Assembly: GCA_018826905.1 (NCBI GenBank)
Contig: JAHJYC010000001.1
Location: 1-63,096 of the forward strand
Reading direction: 5' to 3'
DNA from: Patescibacteria group bacterium
GTDB lineage: Bacteria; Patescibacteriota; Minisyncoccia; Phycocordibacterales; Phycocordibacteraceae
DNA length: 63,096 nt
Position 1 is the first letter of the stretch. The number at the start of each line of letters is the position of its first letter. The position numbers and the translations under genes were made by a program. The notes under the pieces are model-generated. The model was not told where the DNA came from, searched no databases, and saw only the letters and a list, made by a program, of their open reading frames with translations. This document shows positions 9,184-18,081 of this stretch, piece by piece.

Positions 9184-9618
9184 ATGTTTCATAGACATTC
9201 AGTTGCAGGAAGAGTCAGTATCGGAATCAGTAGTGGTCTTGTTGTTGGAGTGCTCGCCATAGTGAGTCTCCCGCTTTTCGGATTCCCTTTGTTTAGCATG
9301 TTCGGCTTCGGAACACTTCTTATGTTTGTGTTCATGGGGATACTCATTGGCTTCCTTGGATTGTTTAGCAGGCATCCGCTACTAAACTTCAGTATGCCGT
9401 GGTGGGTACGAGGACTTATGGTGGGATTCATGCTTACACTCATGTATATCCTCCTCAGTTATGGATCTCTCGTAGTAATTATGCAGTCAGCACTCGTGTC
9501 CTGGATGGGATTCAGCTCTCCATTCTGGGTGCTGCTTGATGGAATGACTCTTGGAGTTATCATCAGCGCGCTTGAAACACGGTTTGCAGGGGAAGGGGAA
9601 GAGCTGCCCCTTACGTAA
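9184..9618 (+). CDS. Hypothetical integral membrane protein
   Basis: Four predicted TM helices. ATG at 9184; the TTG at 9145 lies inside the terminator. Confidence 0.6.
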   Translation: MFHRHSVAGRVSIGISSGLVVGVLAIVSLPLFGFPLFSMFGFGTLLMFVFMGILIGFLGLFSRHPLLNFSMPWWVRGLMVGFMLTLMYILLSYGSLVVIMQSALVSWMGFSSPFWVLLDGMTLGVIISALETRFAGEGEELPLT

Positions 9619-9630
9619 AGAAAACAAATA

Positions 9631-9658
9631 CAAAACGCCTCTTTCCAGAGGCGTTTTG
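9631..9658. terminator. Intrinsic terminator
   Basis: CAAAACGCCTCT-ttcc-AGAGGCGTTTTG. Confidence 0.75.
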
Positions 9659-9669
9659 TATTTCCCGGG

Positions 9670-9741
9670 TGCTCTTGGTAGGAATCGAACCTACATTACA
9701 ACTTCCGCAAAGTTGCGTCCTATCCATTGAACGACAAGAGC
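9670..9741 (-). tRNA. tRNA-Arg (anticodon GCG)
   Basis: Hand fold: GCTCTTG TC GTTC AATGGATA GGAC G CAACT TTGCGGA AGTTG TAAT GTAGG TTCGATT CCTAC CAAGAGC A. No encoded CCA. Confidence 0.8.
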
Positions 9742-9779
9742 AGTTTTTTGACTCTACCGCTTGAGCGCCTTCGTTGCAA

Positions 9780-10253
9780 CTACAGCCTGAAGAGCTCTAT
9801 GATGCGATCAACAGGGGACTCTTCATGTTTTCCTTCTTCCACATGGTCTGCAAGGAACTCATAAAGTTCTTCGGGGTCTGGACCAACAATAGGAATTAAG
9901 AGATGTGGTGCAAGAATACGATGCGTTTTAAGAGAAAGCGCAGGAGGAAGTTCTGGGTCAATGTACTCAAGCATTGAGAAGGAAATAATGTGTTCATACT
10001 CATACACATTCTGATCAATCATGACCCCTTCGTCAGTAACACGAAAAACGTGTGTGCGCGGGTCTCTCGCTGTAGAGAGAGCAAGAGCACCAGAGGCAGC
10101 TGCAATTAAGAGGGCGAGGATAAGATTGCCGAAAAGAATACTTGCCACCATCCCCGCAACAGCGATGATGCCGAGCGCCCAATACCAGTCACTGCCTTTT
10201 TTTTCAAAGACATACTCCGGGGCTTCCCATTCAAAGAAAACAGCGCGTGCCAT
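9780..10253 (-). CDS. Hypothetical membrane protein
   Basis: Two TM helices followed by a soluble domain. The start is ambiguous (ATG 10253 or GTG 10295). Confidence 0.55.
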   Translation of the reverse strand: MARAVFFEWEAPEYVFEKKGSDWYWALGIIAVAGMVASILFGNLILALLIAAASGALALSTARDPRTHVFRVTDEGVMIDQNVYEYEHIISFSMLEYIDPELPPALSLKTHRILAPHLLIPIVGPDPEELYEFLADHVEEGKHEESPVDRIIELFRL

Positions 10254-10304
10254 AGGTATATGTATGATAGCACCAGCGCGTGTGCTTCTGTGCACACGAC
10301 ATGC

Positions 10305-11033
10305 TTAACGGAGAGTGGTTCCCTCAATACCTCCTTCGCGTAAAAAAGAGTGAATCTTTTTTCTTATTATCCATGAGTCCCATGCACGCGTAAGACCTTG
10401 CAGACTCGTTTTCTCTTTAGCGTGTGCAGTAACTGAGGTCTTATTTGTTACCTCTAGGGTTCCGTGAGGATTCATGAAAAGCGCAATCCAATAATCGTCA
10501 GGATTAGTGGTGAGTTCCAGTTTTTCCGTAAGGACCAAACCTTTTTTAAGTGCATGAATTGCTTTCTGCGTGTCTTTGGCATGAATGCCAAAACTTGCTC
10601 CCCACATCCAGTCAGTCGCTCGGAATCCTTGTGAAGAGCAAAAGAAATACCAGCGCCATGAGGCGAGTCGTGCATAGAGGGTGCCGGACATTTGGATCCA
10701 CGATCCGGCCATAACCATTCCAGGCTTCGCAAGAAGTCCTAAGAGGACTTCTGTCCAATTCTTAGCTGCGCACGCATCTCCATCAACACACAGCACAAGA
10801 TCTCCCTGGGCTTCTTCAAAACCCTTAATGCGTGCATAGGCTGAGCCTATGGGGCCGCTGTAGTGTATGACGCGCACAGGGTATCTTTCAGCGATTTCCT
10901 GTGTCCTGTCTGTTGAGTTGTGGGCAACGACAATAATCTCATCAGCAGGAAGCGTCTGAGTTTGTAGCGATTCTAGGCACGACGCAATATGTCGTTCTTC
11001 GTTGTGAGCAATAACAACGACTGAAATTTTCAC
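10305..11033 (-). CDS. Family 2 glycosyltransferase
   Basis: VKISVVVIAHNEE..., VDGD (DxD) motif. A GTG start at 11033 is chosen because the longer ORF runs into tRNA-Ser. Confidence 0.8.
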   Translation of the reverse strand: MKISVVVIAHNEERHIASCLESLQTQTLPADEIIVVAHNSTDRTQEIAERYPVRVIHYSGPIGSAYARIKGFEEAQGDLVLCVDGDACAAKNWTEVLLGLLAKPGMVMAGSWIQMSGTLYARLASWRWYFFCSSQGFRATDWMWGASFGIHAKDTQKAIHALKKGLVLTEKLELTTNPDDYWIALFMNPHGTLEVTNKTSVTAHAKEKTSLQGLTRAWDSWIIRKKIHSFLREGGIEGTTLR

Positions 11034-11037
11034 AATG

Positions 11038-11122
11038 CGGAGGAGGTGGGATTCGAACCCACGAGACCTTTCGGCCTGGCGGTTTTCAAGACCGCTCGTT
11101 TCGACCACTCACGCACTCCTCC
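11038..11122 (-). tRNA. tRNA-Ser (anticodon TGA)
   Basis: Acceptor GGAGGAG/CTCCTCC, anticodon loop CTTGAAA, long variable arm, T-loop GGTTCGAATCC. Confidence 0.9.
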
Positions 11123-11129
11123 AAGAGTG

Positions 11130-11408
11130 TTATTTTTGCTCAACTCCCTCAACGTCAGGGATGAGCACTTGTTTGTCTTTCCTAAACCCAAGCAAGTAGA
11201 CAAGCTCCAATATGCCAAGGGTGTTGATGACAAGCAAGACAATGAACCAGAGCTTCTGTCCGTTACGGCCAGCATGCCAGAGTGCAAGTCCTTTAATTGC
11301 GAGTGACCAAACGGCCACAATAACAATAAGAGGGAAGAGGAAGGCGAGCCCGGCTCCTGAAAGGAACCCAACAGCCTCTCCTGATGCCTGGTATGTGTCT
11401 GGATTCAT
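11130..11408 (-). CDS. Small two-TM membrane protein
   Basis: 92 aa with two hydrophobic helices (WSLAIKGLALW..., LWFIVLLVINTLGILELVYL). Confidence 0.6.
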   Translation of the reverse strand: MNPDTYQASGEAVGFLSGAGLAFLFPLIVIVAVWSLAIKGLALWHAGRNGQKLWFIVLLVINTLGILELVYLLGFRKDKQVLIPDVEGVEQK

Positions 11409-11458
11409 ATGCTCCCGGAGTGTAGCACGTGCTCCGTCTGGCGTGTAGGATGCAGAGT

Positions 11459-11857
11459 ATGAAGTACTTGGGTATTGATTTCGGCACTAAGAAAGTGGGC
11501 CTTGCGCTCTCAGATGATGCTGGTCAGATGGGATTCCCGCACGGCATACTCCCGAACAATGGATTTCTTATTGATGAGATTCTTTCATTGATAGAACGCA
11601 AAGGTGTGGGGGCTGTGGTGATGGGGGAGTCGCTAAACTTCCAGGGAGAAGAGAACCCTGTCGCAAAGGACGCGAAGGCATTCGCGGAGTTGCTTGAGCG
11701 ACGAGGAGAGATCATTGTCTTCTATGAACCTGAGATGCTCACGACACAAGAAGCACGAAGAGATTTTGAAGGGGTGCGCACAAACGGGCATTCCGTTGTA
11801 GACGCGTCGGCTGCCGCACTTATATTAACAAGCTATCTTTCACGAAATCATGGGTAA
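11459..11857 (+). CDS. ruvX: Putative pre-16S rRNA nuclease / Holliday junction resolvase-like YqgF
   Basis: MKYLGIDFGTKKVGLALSD... RNase H-like N-terminus. Confidence 0.85.
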   Translation: MKYLGIDFGTKKVGLALSDDAGQMGFPHGILPNNGFLIDEILSLIERKGVGAVVMGESLNFQGEENPVAKDAKAFAELLERRGEIIVFYEPEMLTTQEARRDFEGVRTNGHSVVDASAAALILTSYLSRNHG

Positions 11858-12191
11858 GGAACAAATAACAATTGATGAGTTTGCAAAGATTCAGGTGCAG
11901 GTAGGAACAGTTGAAAGTGCTGAACGAGTGCCTGAGACAGACAAACTCCTCCGACTTATTGTTCAGTTTGGAGAAGAGTCAGGAGCGCGACAAATTGTAT
12001 CCGGTATCAATGCTTACGTAGAGAGCCCAGAGGAGCTCGTTGGAAAGCAGCTTGCCTTTGTTACAAACCTTGCGCCAAGAACGATCAAGGGACTTGAATC
12101 AAACGGCATGCTCTTCGCTGTTGGTAGTGACGACACCTTTGCATTCCTCACGCCAGACAGACCAGTACCACCAGGAACAGAAGCACATTAA
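11850..12191 (+). CDS. Stand-alone tRNA-binding domain protein (Trbp111/CsaA-like, MetRS C-terminal-domain-like)
   Basis: FAKIQVQVGTVESAERVPETDKLLRL...NLAPRTIKGLESNGMLFA, an OB-fold signature. Confidence 0.8.
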   Translation: MGKEQITIDEFAKIQVQVGTVESAERVPETDKLLRLIVQFGEESGARQIVSGINAYVESPEELVGKQLAFVTNLAPRTIKGLESNGMLFAVGSDDTFAFLTPDRPVPPGTEAH

Positions 12192-12223
12192 AGCGTACAC
12201 ACGGTATACTGAGCGGTATTGAT

Positions 12224-13309
12224 ATGCCGAATGCTCTTTCACGAATAGCACGGATAGAATTTGCTCCGCCTAAATATCTTGCATTTCCAACTGCAGGTAT
12301 TGATATTTCTGCGAGCGGAGTGAAGCTAGCACTTCTTGAAGAACATCTTCATGGGCTAGAGCTTGCTGCGTATGGAGAAGAGCGCTTGCAGCCAGGAGCG
12401 GTAGTAGATGGAGAGATTCGCGATACAAAGGCAGTTGTTGCAGCAGTGCGAGCACTCACAAAAAAACACGGTATTAAGTTTGCGCATATTGCACTTTCAG
12501 AATCCAGAAGCTATTTGTTTGAGGCGAGTGTAGCAGGACGGACAAAGAGAAGCTGGCGCACCGCTATTGAGTCGCGACTAGACGAGTACGTACCGTTGCC
12601 TCCAGCTGAGGTTGCGTTTGATGTTGCGCCAACAGGGCCCATTGGCGAAGAGACGCACGTAGTTGGGGTAGGGTACGCGCGGAGGGTTATTGAAGAGTCT
12701 TTAAATACATTAGACCAGGCAGGAGTTGAGGTACGTTCAATTGAAAGCGAAACATTTGCAGTGCCGCGCGCGATGATGCCACATGGGGACCAAGAAACCG
12801 TGCTGATTATTGATATTGGTCGTACTACGACGAAACTCGTGGTTGTGAGTAGACGCGTTCCGCGTTTTGCAACAACGCTTGATATTGGCGGGCACGCACT
12901 CACGCTTGCCGTGCAGAAACATTTTGGGGTAACAGAGGACGAGGCAAAGCGTGTGAAAGCAGAACGAGGTCTCGTGAGCGCAGACGCAAATGATGAGTAC
13001 CTGTCTGCAATGCTCTCAACAGTGTCTGCAATTAGGGAGGAGATTGTGCATCGTCTTGAATATTGGCAGACGCACGCAGCGTCTACGTCAAATAATGAAC
13101 AGGTGACACGAGCGATTCTTGTAGGAGGGAACGCCACGGTGCGTGGGTTGCCTGAGTATCTTGAGACAAGTCTTAAAATACCAGTTGAACTTGGGGATGT
13201 GTTTACAAATCTTGCGTCGCGAGAAGAGTGGCTCCCGCCACTAGATTACTTGGAGTCACTCGCGTACTCAACAGCAATTGGGTTAGCTCTACGAGACTAT
13301 GTTGCCTGA
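12224..13309 (+). CDS. pilM: Type IV pilus assembly protein PilM (actin-like ATPase fold)
   Basis: GIDISASGVKLALL..., IIDIGRTTTKLVVV, LVGGNATVRGLPEYL. Confidence 0.8.
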   Translation: MPNALSRIARIEFAPPKYLAFPTAGIDISASGVKLALLEEHLHGLELAAYGEERLQPGAVVDGEIRDTKAVVAAVRALTKKHGIKFAHIALSESRSYLFEASVAGRTKRSWRTAIESRLDEYVPLPPAEVAFDVAPTGPIGEETHVVGVGYARRVIEESLNTLDQAGVEVRSIESETFAVPRAMMPHGDQETVLIIDIGRTTTKLVVVSRRVPRFATTLDIGGHALTLAVQKHFGVTEDEAKRVKAERGLVSADANDEYLSAMLSTVSAIREEIVHRLEYWQTHAASTSNNEQVTRAILVGGNATVRGLPEYLETSLKIPVELGDVFTNLASREEWLPPLDYLESLAYSTAIGLALRDYVA

Positions 13310-13859
13310 ACTAACGAACCTTCTTCCTTCTGAGCGTGCACGCGGACTGCGGCAGCTCTACTTCTTCCGTCTCGCTACGGTAGGGATGTTGGTACTTTCA
13401 GGTGCCGCTATTATCCATGGAGTACTTTTGCTCCCATCTTTTTTGTATGCAAAGCAACAAGTTAAAGAAAAGGAGACCATTCTTGCGTCTTTAACCGCAA
13501 CCCTTGCAGGGAGCGAAGAGCGACAGGTGAGTGCACGCGTGAATAAACTTACACAGGACGCAACGTATCTCGCGCGTCTTAAAGATCGTCCTGCAGCAAG
13601 TACTGTTGTTGCGGCGTTCCTTGAAGTGCCTCGCACAGGAGTGCGCATGACCGGGTTTACGTTTACGGGCCCTGAAGAAGGGAAAGAAGCGCGAATGACC
13701 GTATCGGGAATAGCAGCGTCTCGCGAGAGCTTGCGACGTTTTGAGCAAGCACTCTCAGCTGAGCCATATGTAACTTCCACCGATCTTCCAATCAGTGCGT
13801 ATGCTAAAGAGAGCGATATTGATTTCACTATCACGCTCTCAGGAACTCTATTGCCATGA
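13299..13859 (+). CDS. PilN-like bitopic membrane protein
   Basis: Single N-terminal TM helix. Sits immediately after pilM with overlapping stop/start. Confidence 0.4.
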   Translation: MLPELTNLLPSERARGLRQLYFFRLATVGMLVLSGAAIIHGVLLLPSFLYAKQQVKEKETILASLTATLAGSEERQVSARVNKLTQDATYLARLKDRPAASTVVAAFLEVPRTGVRMTGFTFTGPEEGKEARMTVSGIAASRESLRRFEQALSAEPYVTSTDLPISAYAKESDIDFTITLSGTLLP

Positions 13860-14407
13860 AGCACATAACCTTTGTCCATCTCTCAGTTGCGCTCCTCCTT
13901 TTTATAGGGCTTGTGAGTGCGTATGGATTTTGGTACTCGCTTGTAGGTAAGGCGAGTGCTCAAGCAGCGGTTCTCTCTGAAGAGATCCACCAAAAGAGTC
14001 TGGAGTCTGGGCGCGTGGCCGCAGCAAGAAGAGCGCTCACTGTTCTCGCTGAAGACGAGGCGCAGGTACAGAAATATCTTATTTCTGAGAACAGTGTTGT
14101 GCCGTTTCTTGAAAGCTTGGAGAACACAGGGAAAGCGCTTGGTGCGTCTGTGTCAGTTGCCTCTGTTTCTGCAGAGACAAGCACAACACGGCCACACCTT
14201 AAACTCTCTCTTAAGATAACGGGTTCATTTGATTCAGTTTTGCGTACACTTGGCGCGATTGAATACGGTGCGTATGACAGCCAGCTTCTCACCACCACCT
14301 TTGATACGCCAAAGGTGAGTGACCCTGCTGCTCCCGCCGAGTGGACTGCGACAAGTGCGTTTGTTATTGGTATGCGGGCAGCATCAAGCACTACGCCTAC
14401 GTTATGA
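13856..14407 (+). CDS. PilO-like bitopic membrane protein
   Basis: Single TM helix plus a coiled segment. Translationally coupled (ATGA overlap). Confidence 0.35.
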   Translation: MKHITFVHLSVALLLFIGLVSAYGFWYSLVGKASAQAAVLSEEIHQKSLESGRVAAARRALTVLAEDEAQVQKYLISENSVVPFLESLENTGKALGASVSVASVSAETSTTRPHLKLSLKITGSFDSVLRTLGAIEYGAYDSQLLTTTFDTPKVSDPAAPAEWTATSAFVIGMRAASSTTPTL

Positions 14408-14703
14408 AAATATCTCTAAACACAAAGGCACTTTTGAAGCATCTTTCGTATGGAGAGCATATTCGCCCTGCACGTGATTGGTTTACGTTACTTTCTGTGG
14501 CGGTATTCTTGAGCGCGTGCAGCCTTGCGTGGAACTTGTGGCTCCTGCATACGGTTAAATCAGGAGGCGTTATTGGATCAGAAACAGTAGACGCAACCTT
14601 TGACACAAGACCTATAGAGTCGGTGCAGGGAGTGTTTGAAGAGCGGCGAAATGAAGAGCTCCGCTTTACTCAGGAGTATCGCTTCGTTGACCCGTCTCGG
14701 TAA
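14404..14703 (+). CDS. Hypothetical bitopic membrane protein (pilus-cluster associated)
   Basis: MKISLNTK..., one TM helix. ATGA overlap with the preceding gene. Confidence 0.5.
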   Translation: MKISLNTKALLKHLSYGEHIRPARDWFTLLSVAVFLSACSLAWNLWLLHTVKSGGVIGSETVDATFDTRPIESVQGVFEERRNEELRFTQEYRFVDPSR

Positions 14704-14724
14704 TATCGCTAAGGTAGTGCACAG

Positions 14725-14796
14725 GCCCCTATAGCTTAATGGATAAAGCCGCGGACTTCTAAGCCGTTGATCTTGGTTCGATTCCAGGTGGGGGCA
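14725..14796 (+). tRNA. tRNA-Arg (anticodon TCT)
   Basis: Acceptor GCCCCTA/TGGGGGC, anticodon loop CTTCTAA, T-loop GGTTCGATTCC. Confidence 0.85.
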
Positions 14797-14829
14797 CAGA
14801 CTAGTGCTAATCCAAATGACCGAGTTGAT

Positions 14830-14850
14830 CCGATAAGAAAATCTTATCGG
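14830..14850. terminator. Hairpin terminator between tRNA-Arg and the channel gene
   Basis: CCGATAAG-aaaat-CTTATCGG. Confidence 0.6.
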
Positions 14851-14853
14851 ACC

Positions 14854-15579
14854 TCATTCAACGTCCTTTGCAGAACCTGTGAGGGTTTTTCGCACAAGGG
14901 CGCCAATGATGCCGATGGTTAGGCCGAAAGAGATAAGCGCAGCAAATCTGACTAATATCATAGTGACTGTTCCTCCCGAAGTTTCAGGGAAAGGATGTTG
15001 CCTATCTCCAATCATTACTTGAAACGCCCAATACATGCCTTCTGGAATAGTTGACGCATTTCCATGTGATTCAAATGTATAGAGGAGTGTACCAAGAATC
15101 ACGATTGCCGTGAAAAGCAGTATTACGTAAATCTCAAAATTGATACCTAGAACGGCCTGACTACCCGTCTTCCTATCTGAAAATCGTGCGATCTTAAGAA
15201 GACGGAGAGTACGTAATGTTCTAAGGACGCGGGCAGTCCTCGCTGCTTTAAGGAAAGTGAGATTCGAAAACCCTAGGAGGGTTGGAACAATCGCGAGAAA
15301 GTCGATGATGCCGAAGAAACTGAACACGTATTTTGCTCTAGACTTACTTCCGTACACCCGAATCAGATATTCGGTGAGGAAAATCGCCACAGCAACATAC
15401 TCAACTATTAAAAATAGTGAGTGATATTGAAAGAATTCAGGAACCGTCTCAAGAATGACGGCAAGAACAGAGATCACTGTAACTACACCTAATGTGTAGT
15501 TTGTGAGTCGGAAATATGGATCCCGCGGACGTTCAAGTGCATTATATATGCCAGTAATCCAAGAAACTTTTTTCTTCAT
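14854..15579 (-). CDS. Voltage-gated ion channel superfamily protein (6-TM, BacNav-like) with non-canonical pore loop
   Basis: S4 with Arg every third residue (RTARVLRTLRTLRLLKIAR). The pore helix YWAFQVM is followed by IGDRQ instead of TLESW or TVGYG. Confidence 0.75.
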   Translation of the reverse strand: MKKKVSWITGIYNALERPRDPYFRLTNYTLGVVTVISVLAVILETVPEFFQYHSLFLIVEYVAVAIFLTEYLIRVYGSKSRAKYVFSFFGIIDFLAIVPTLLGFSNLTFLKAARTARVLRTLRTLRLLKIARFSDRKTGSQAVLGINFEIYVILLFTAIVILGTLLYTFESHGNASTIPEGMYWAFQVMIGDRQHPFPETSGGTVTMILVRFAALISFGLTIGIIGALVRKTLTGSAKDVE

Positions 15580-15686
15580 TTTAAATAAACTATATCACTG
15601 AGTGCAATCACTACTGATCCGGTTATGTATAGTGGAAGCTACAATAATTGAAAGATGGGCCGCGATACACAGGGTACAGTAGAGAG

Positions 15687-16193
15687 ATGAATAGAAACAA
15701 TCTCATAGACGCCTTAAAGGAAATAAAGGTTCTGTACAAGGAGGGGGTGGTACTTCGTTCTGGAGAAGTATCCGATTTCTATTGTGATATCAAAAAGGCT
15801 TTTGGGTACCCAGAGATATTAACCATGCTTGCGGATGAAATAGGTAAGAAGATTCCTAAGTCCGCGACGTGCATTGCTGCCTCGGGATACGGAGGACTCC
15901 CTCTAGCTTCTGTAGTTGCGACTCGGAGCAATCTTAAGCTAGCGTTAGTGAGAAGTTCAGAAAAGGACCACGGGAAAGGAGGATTGATTGATGGGTATGT
16001 TCCAGCTAAAGATGACGTGTGCGTGATAGTAGACGATGTACTCACCTCAGGGAGTAGCATTAAAGAAACACTAGCTACGCTAACGTCTAAAGAGGTACGG
16101 GTAGTTTCTGCTGTAGTTGTGGTTAAGAGAAAGGAAACAGAGCTTCCCATTCCTTACTCCTTCCTGTTTACGATAGAGGATCTAACACGGTAA
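15687..16193 (+). CDS. pyrE: Orotate phosphoribosyltransferase-like type I PRTase
   Basis: VCVIVDDVLTSGSS PRPP-binding motif; LRSGEVSDFYCD N-terminus. Confidence 0.75.
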   Translation: MNRNNLIDALKEIKVLYKEGVVLRSGEVSDFYCDIKKAFGYPEILTMLADEIGKKIPKSATCIAASGYGGLPLASVVATRSNLKLALVRSSEKDHGKGGLIDGYVPAKDDVCVIVDDVLTSGSSIKETLATLTSKEVRVVSAVVVVKRKETELPIPYSFLFTIEDLTR

Positions 16194-16203
16194 TTGGTTC
16201 TTT

Positions 16204-16279
16204 TGGTGCGCGCTGAGGGACTTGAACCCCCGACCTTCCCGGTGTAAACGGGGCGCTCTACCAACTGAGCTAAGCGCGC
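16204..16279 (-). tRNA. tRNA-Val (anticodon TAC), CCA encoded
   Basis: Acceptor GCGCGCT..., anticodon loop TTTACAC, T-loop GGTTCAAGTCC. Confidence 0.9.
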
Positions 16280-16353
16280 GTAAAGCTACAGTAGCGCACA
16301 TTGCGAAAATTTTGAAGTAACCTCTCTGTGGGGAGGAGTGTTTTCATAAAAGT

Positions 16354-16632
16354 ATGCACAAAAGATTTGAGGCTATTGTTTCTGGAAGGGTTCAGCTTGT
16401 TATGTACAGAGACTTCGCCCAACGTAAGGCGAGAAGCCTCAAGCTCGTAGGAGAGGTGCGGAATCTCTCTGATGGAACTGTCTCAGTGGTGGCAGAAGGA
16501 GACCAGGAGGTACTTGAGCGATATCTACAACGTCTTCATCACGGACCATTGCTCGCACGAGTGGATGAGGTAAGTCCTGAGTGGAAGGAGGCAACGGGTG
16601 TGTTTAAAGATTTCTTGATCCGTTATGACTAA
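16354..16632 (+). CDS. acyP: Acylphosphatase
   Basis: VSGRVQLVMYRDF...GEVRNLSDGTVSVVAEG. Confidence 0.85.
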   Translation: MHKRFEAIVSGRVQLVMYRDFAQRKARSLKLVGEVRNLSDGTVSVVAEGDQEVLERYLQRLHHGPLLARVDEVSPEWKEATGVFKDFLIRYD

Positions 16633-17305
16633 CGGGCCTAAGGCTATTGGAATCATAATGGATGGCAATCGCCGGTGGGCACGCGAGCGAGGACTCCCTA
16701 CGTTTGAAGGACATAAGATGGGAATAGAAAAAATAACAGAAGTATTTTCGTGGGCACAGGAGGTTGGGGTAGCGCAGGTAACTATATACGCATTCTCAAC
16801 GGAGAATTGGAAACGGGCGCCAGAGGAAGTGGCGTATCTTATGGAACTCTTTGAGAAGTTTTTTACAGAAAACCTTTCTAAGCTACAAGAGAAAGGAGGC
16901 CGTGTTCGCTTCATGGGAGATCGGTCTCTTGCTTCAAAGAAGACACAAGAGATTCTGGAAGAAGTTGAAGAGAAGACTGCCTTAGGAACAGCGGGAACAC
17001 TTGCTGTTGCCTTCTCTTACGGAGGGCGTCCTGAGATTCTTTCAGCGGTTAACTCTTTGTTAAAAGAAGGAAAGTCAGTGGTGAATGAAGAGGAGTTTGA
17101 AAGCGCACTTTGGACGGCTGGTCTTCAAGACCCAGACCTTATTCTAAGGACAGGAGGAGAACAGCGGCTTTCAAACTTTTTGGCGTGGCAGTCTGTGTAC
17201 AGTGAGCTGTTTTTCACTGCCACAAAGTGGCCAGCGTTCTCAAAGGAAGAGTTTATGAATATCTGCAGTACCTACGCAGAGCGTGAAAGAAGGCACGGGA
17301 AATAG
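16625..17305 (+). CDS. uppS: Undecaprenyl (isoprenyl) diphosphate synthase
   Basis: GIIMDGNRRWA, FSTENWKR and RTGGEQRLSNFLAWQ. Confidence 0.95.
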   Translation: MTNGPKAIGIIMDGNRRWARERGLPTFEGHKMGIEKITEVFSWAQEVGVAQVTIYAFSTENWKRAPEEVAYLMELFEKFFTENLSKLQEKGGRVRFMGDRSLASKKTQEILEEVEEKTALGTAGTLAVAFSYGGRPEILSAVNSLLKEGKSVVNEEEFESALWTAGLQDPDLILRTGGEQRLSNFLAWQSVYSELFFTATKWPAFSKEEFMNICSTYAERERRHGK

Positions 17306-17328
17306 TTCTTCGTGCTAGGGTGTGAGCA

Positions 17329-18054
17329 ATGGAACTCCCGGTTATATACGAAGATGATGATCTTGTGGCTATTAATAAGCCTGCGGGTGTTATGATGCAC
17401 CCAGACGGGCATTCGCTAGACGAGACAGCGAGTGAGTGGTTTGAGAAGGCATACCCAGATTCAGCAACCGTTGGAGAGACCCAACGACTCAAAGATGGAA
17501 CGGAGATTGCTCGTCCTGGAGTAGTACACCGACTAGATCGTGATACGTCTGGAGTACTGGTTTTTGCAAAAACTGCAGACTCGCACGCGCACCTAAAAGA
17601 GCTGTTTCAGAACAGAGAAGCGAAGAAGACCTATTTAGCGTTTGTATACGGAACCCTTAAGGAAGAGAAGGGAGTCATTGATTTTGCAATCGGGCGCTCT
17701 CGCAAAGACTTTAGGCTCAGAAGCGCACAGCCTAAGGCAAAGGGAATGATGCGTGATGCGCGCACTGCCTATGAAGTTGTGGGGAGTATTGGAACGCATA
17801 GTCTGGTTAAGGTGATGCCAGAGACAGGGAGGACTCATCAGATTCGCGTACATCTAAAGGCAATACATCACTCAGTTGTGTGTGATCCCCTGTATTCTCC
17901 AGGAAAACCTTGCGATCTGGGGCTCGCTTCTCTTGGACTACATGCCTACCAACTGGAGCTTCCTGGGAAGCCTCTCCTGATTGCACCAGTCCCTAAAAGC
18001 ATGCAAAAGGCGCTCGGGACATTTCCAGAGGGAGCCCAGTTCGTTGCTGAGTAG
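17329..18054 (+). CDS. RluA-family pseudouridine synthase (no S4 domain)
   Basis: HRLDRDTSGVLVFAK catalytic motif; GRTHQIRVH. Confidence 0.9.
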   Translation: MELPVIYEDDDLVAINKPAGVMMHPDGHSLDETASEWFEKAYPDSATVGETQRLKDGTEIARPGVVHRLDRDTSGVLVFAKTADSHAHLKELFQNREAKKTYLAFVYGTLKEEKGVIDFAIGRSRKDFRLRSAQPKAKGMMRDARTAYEVVGSIGTHSLVKVMPETGRTHQIRVHLKAIHHSVVCDPLYSPGKPCDLGLASLGLHAYQLELPGKPLLIAPVPKSMQKALGTFPEGAQFVAE

Positions 18055-18081
18055 AACGGGCTGTGCTACAGTACCGCGGCA

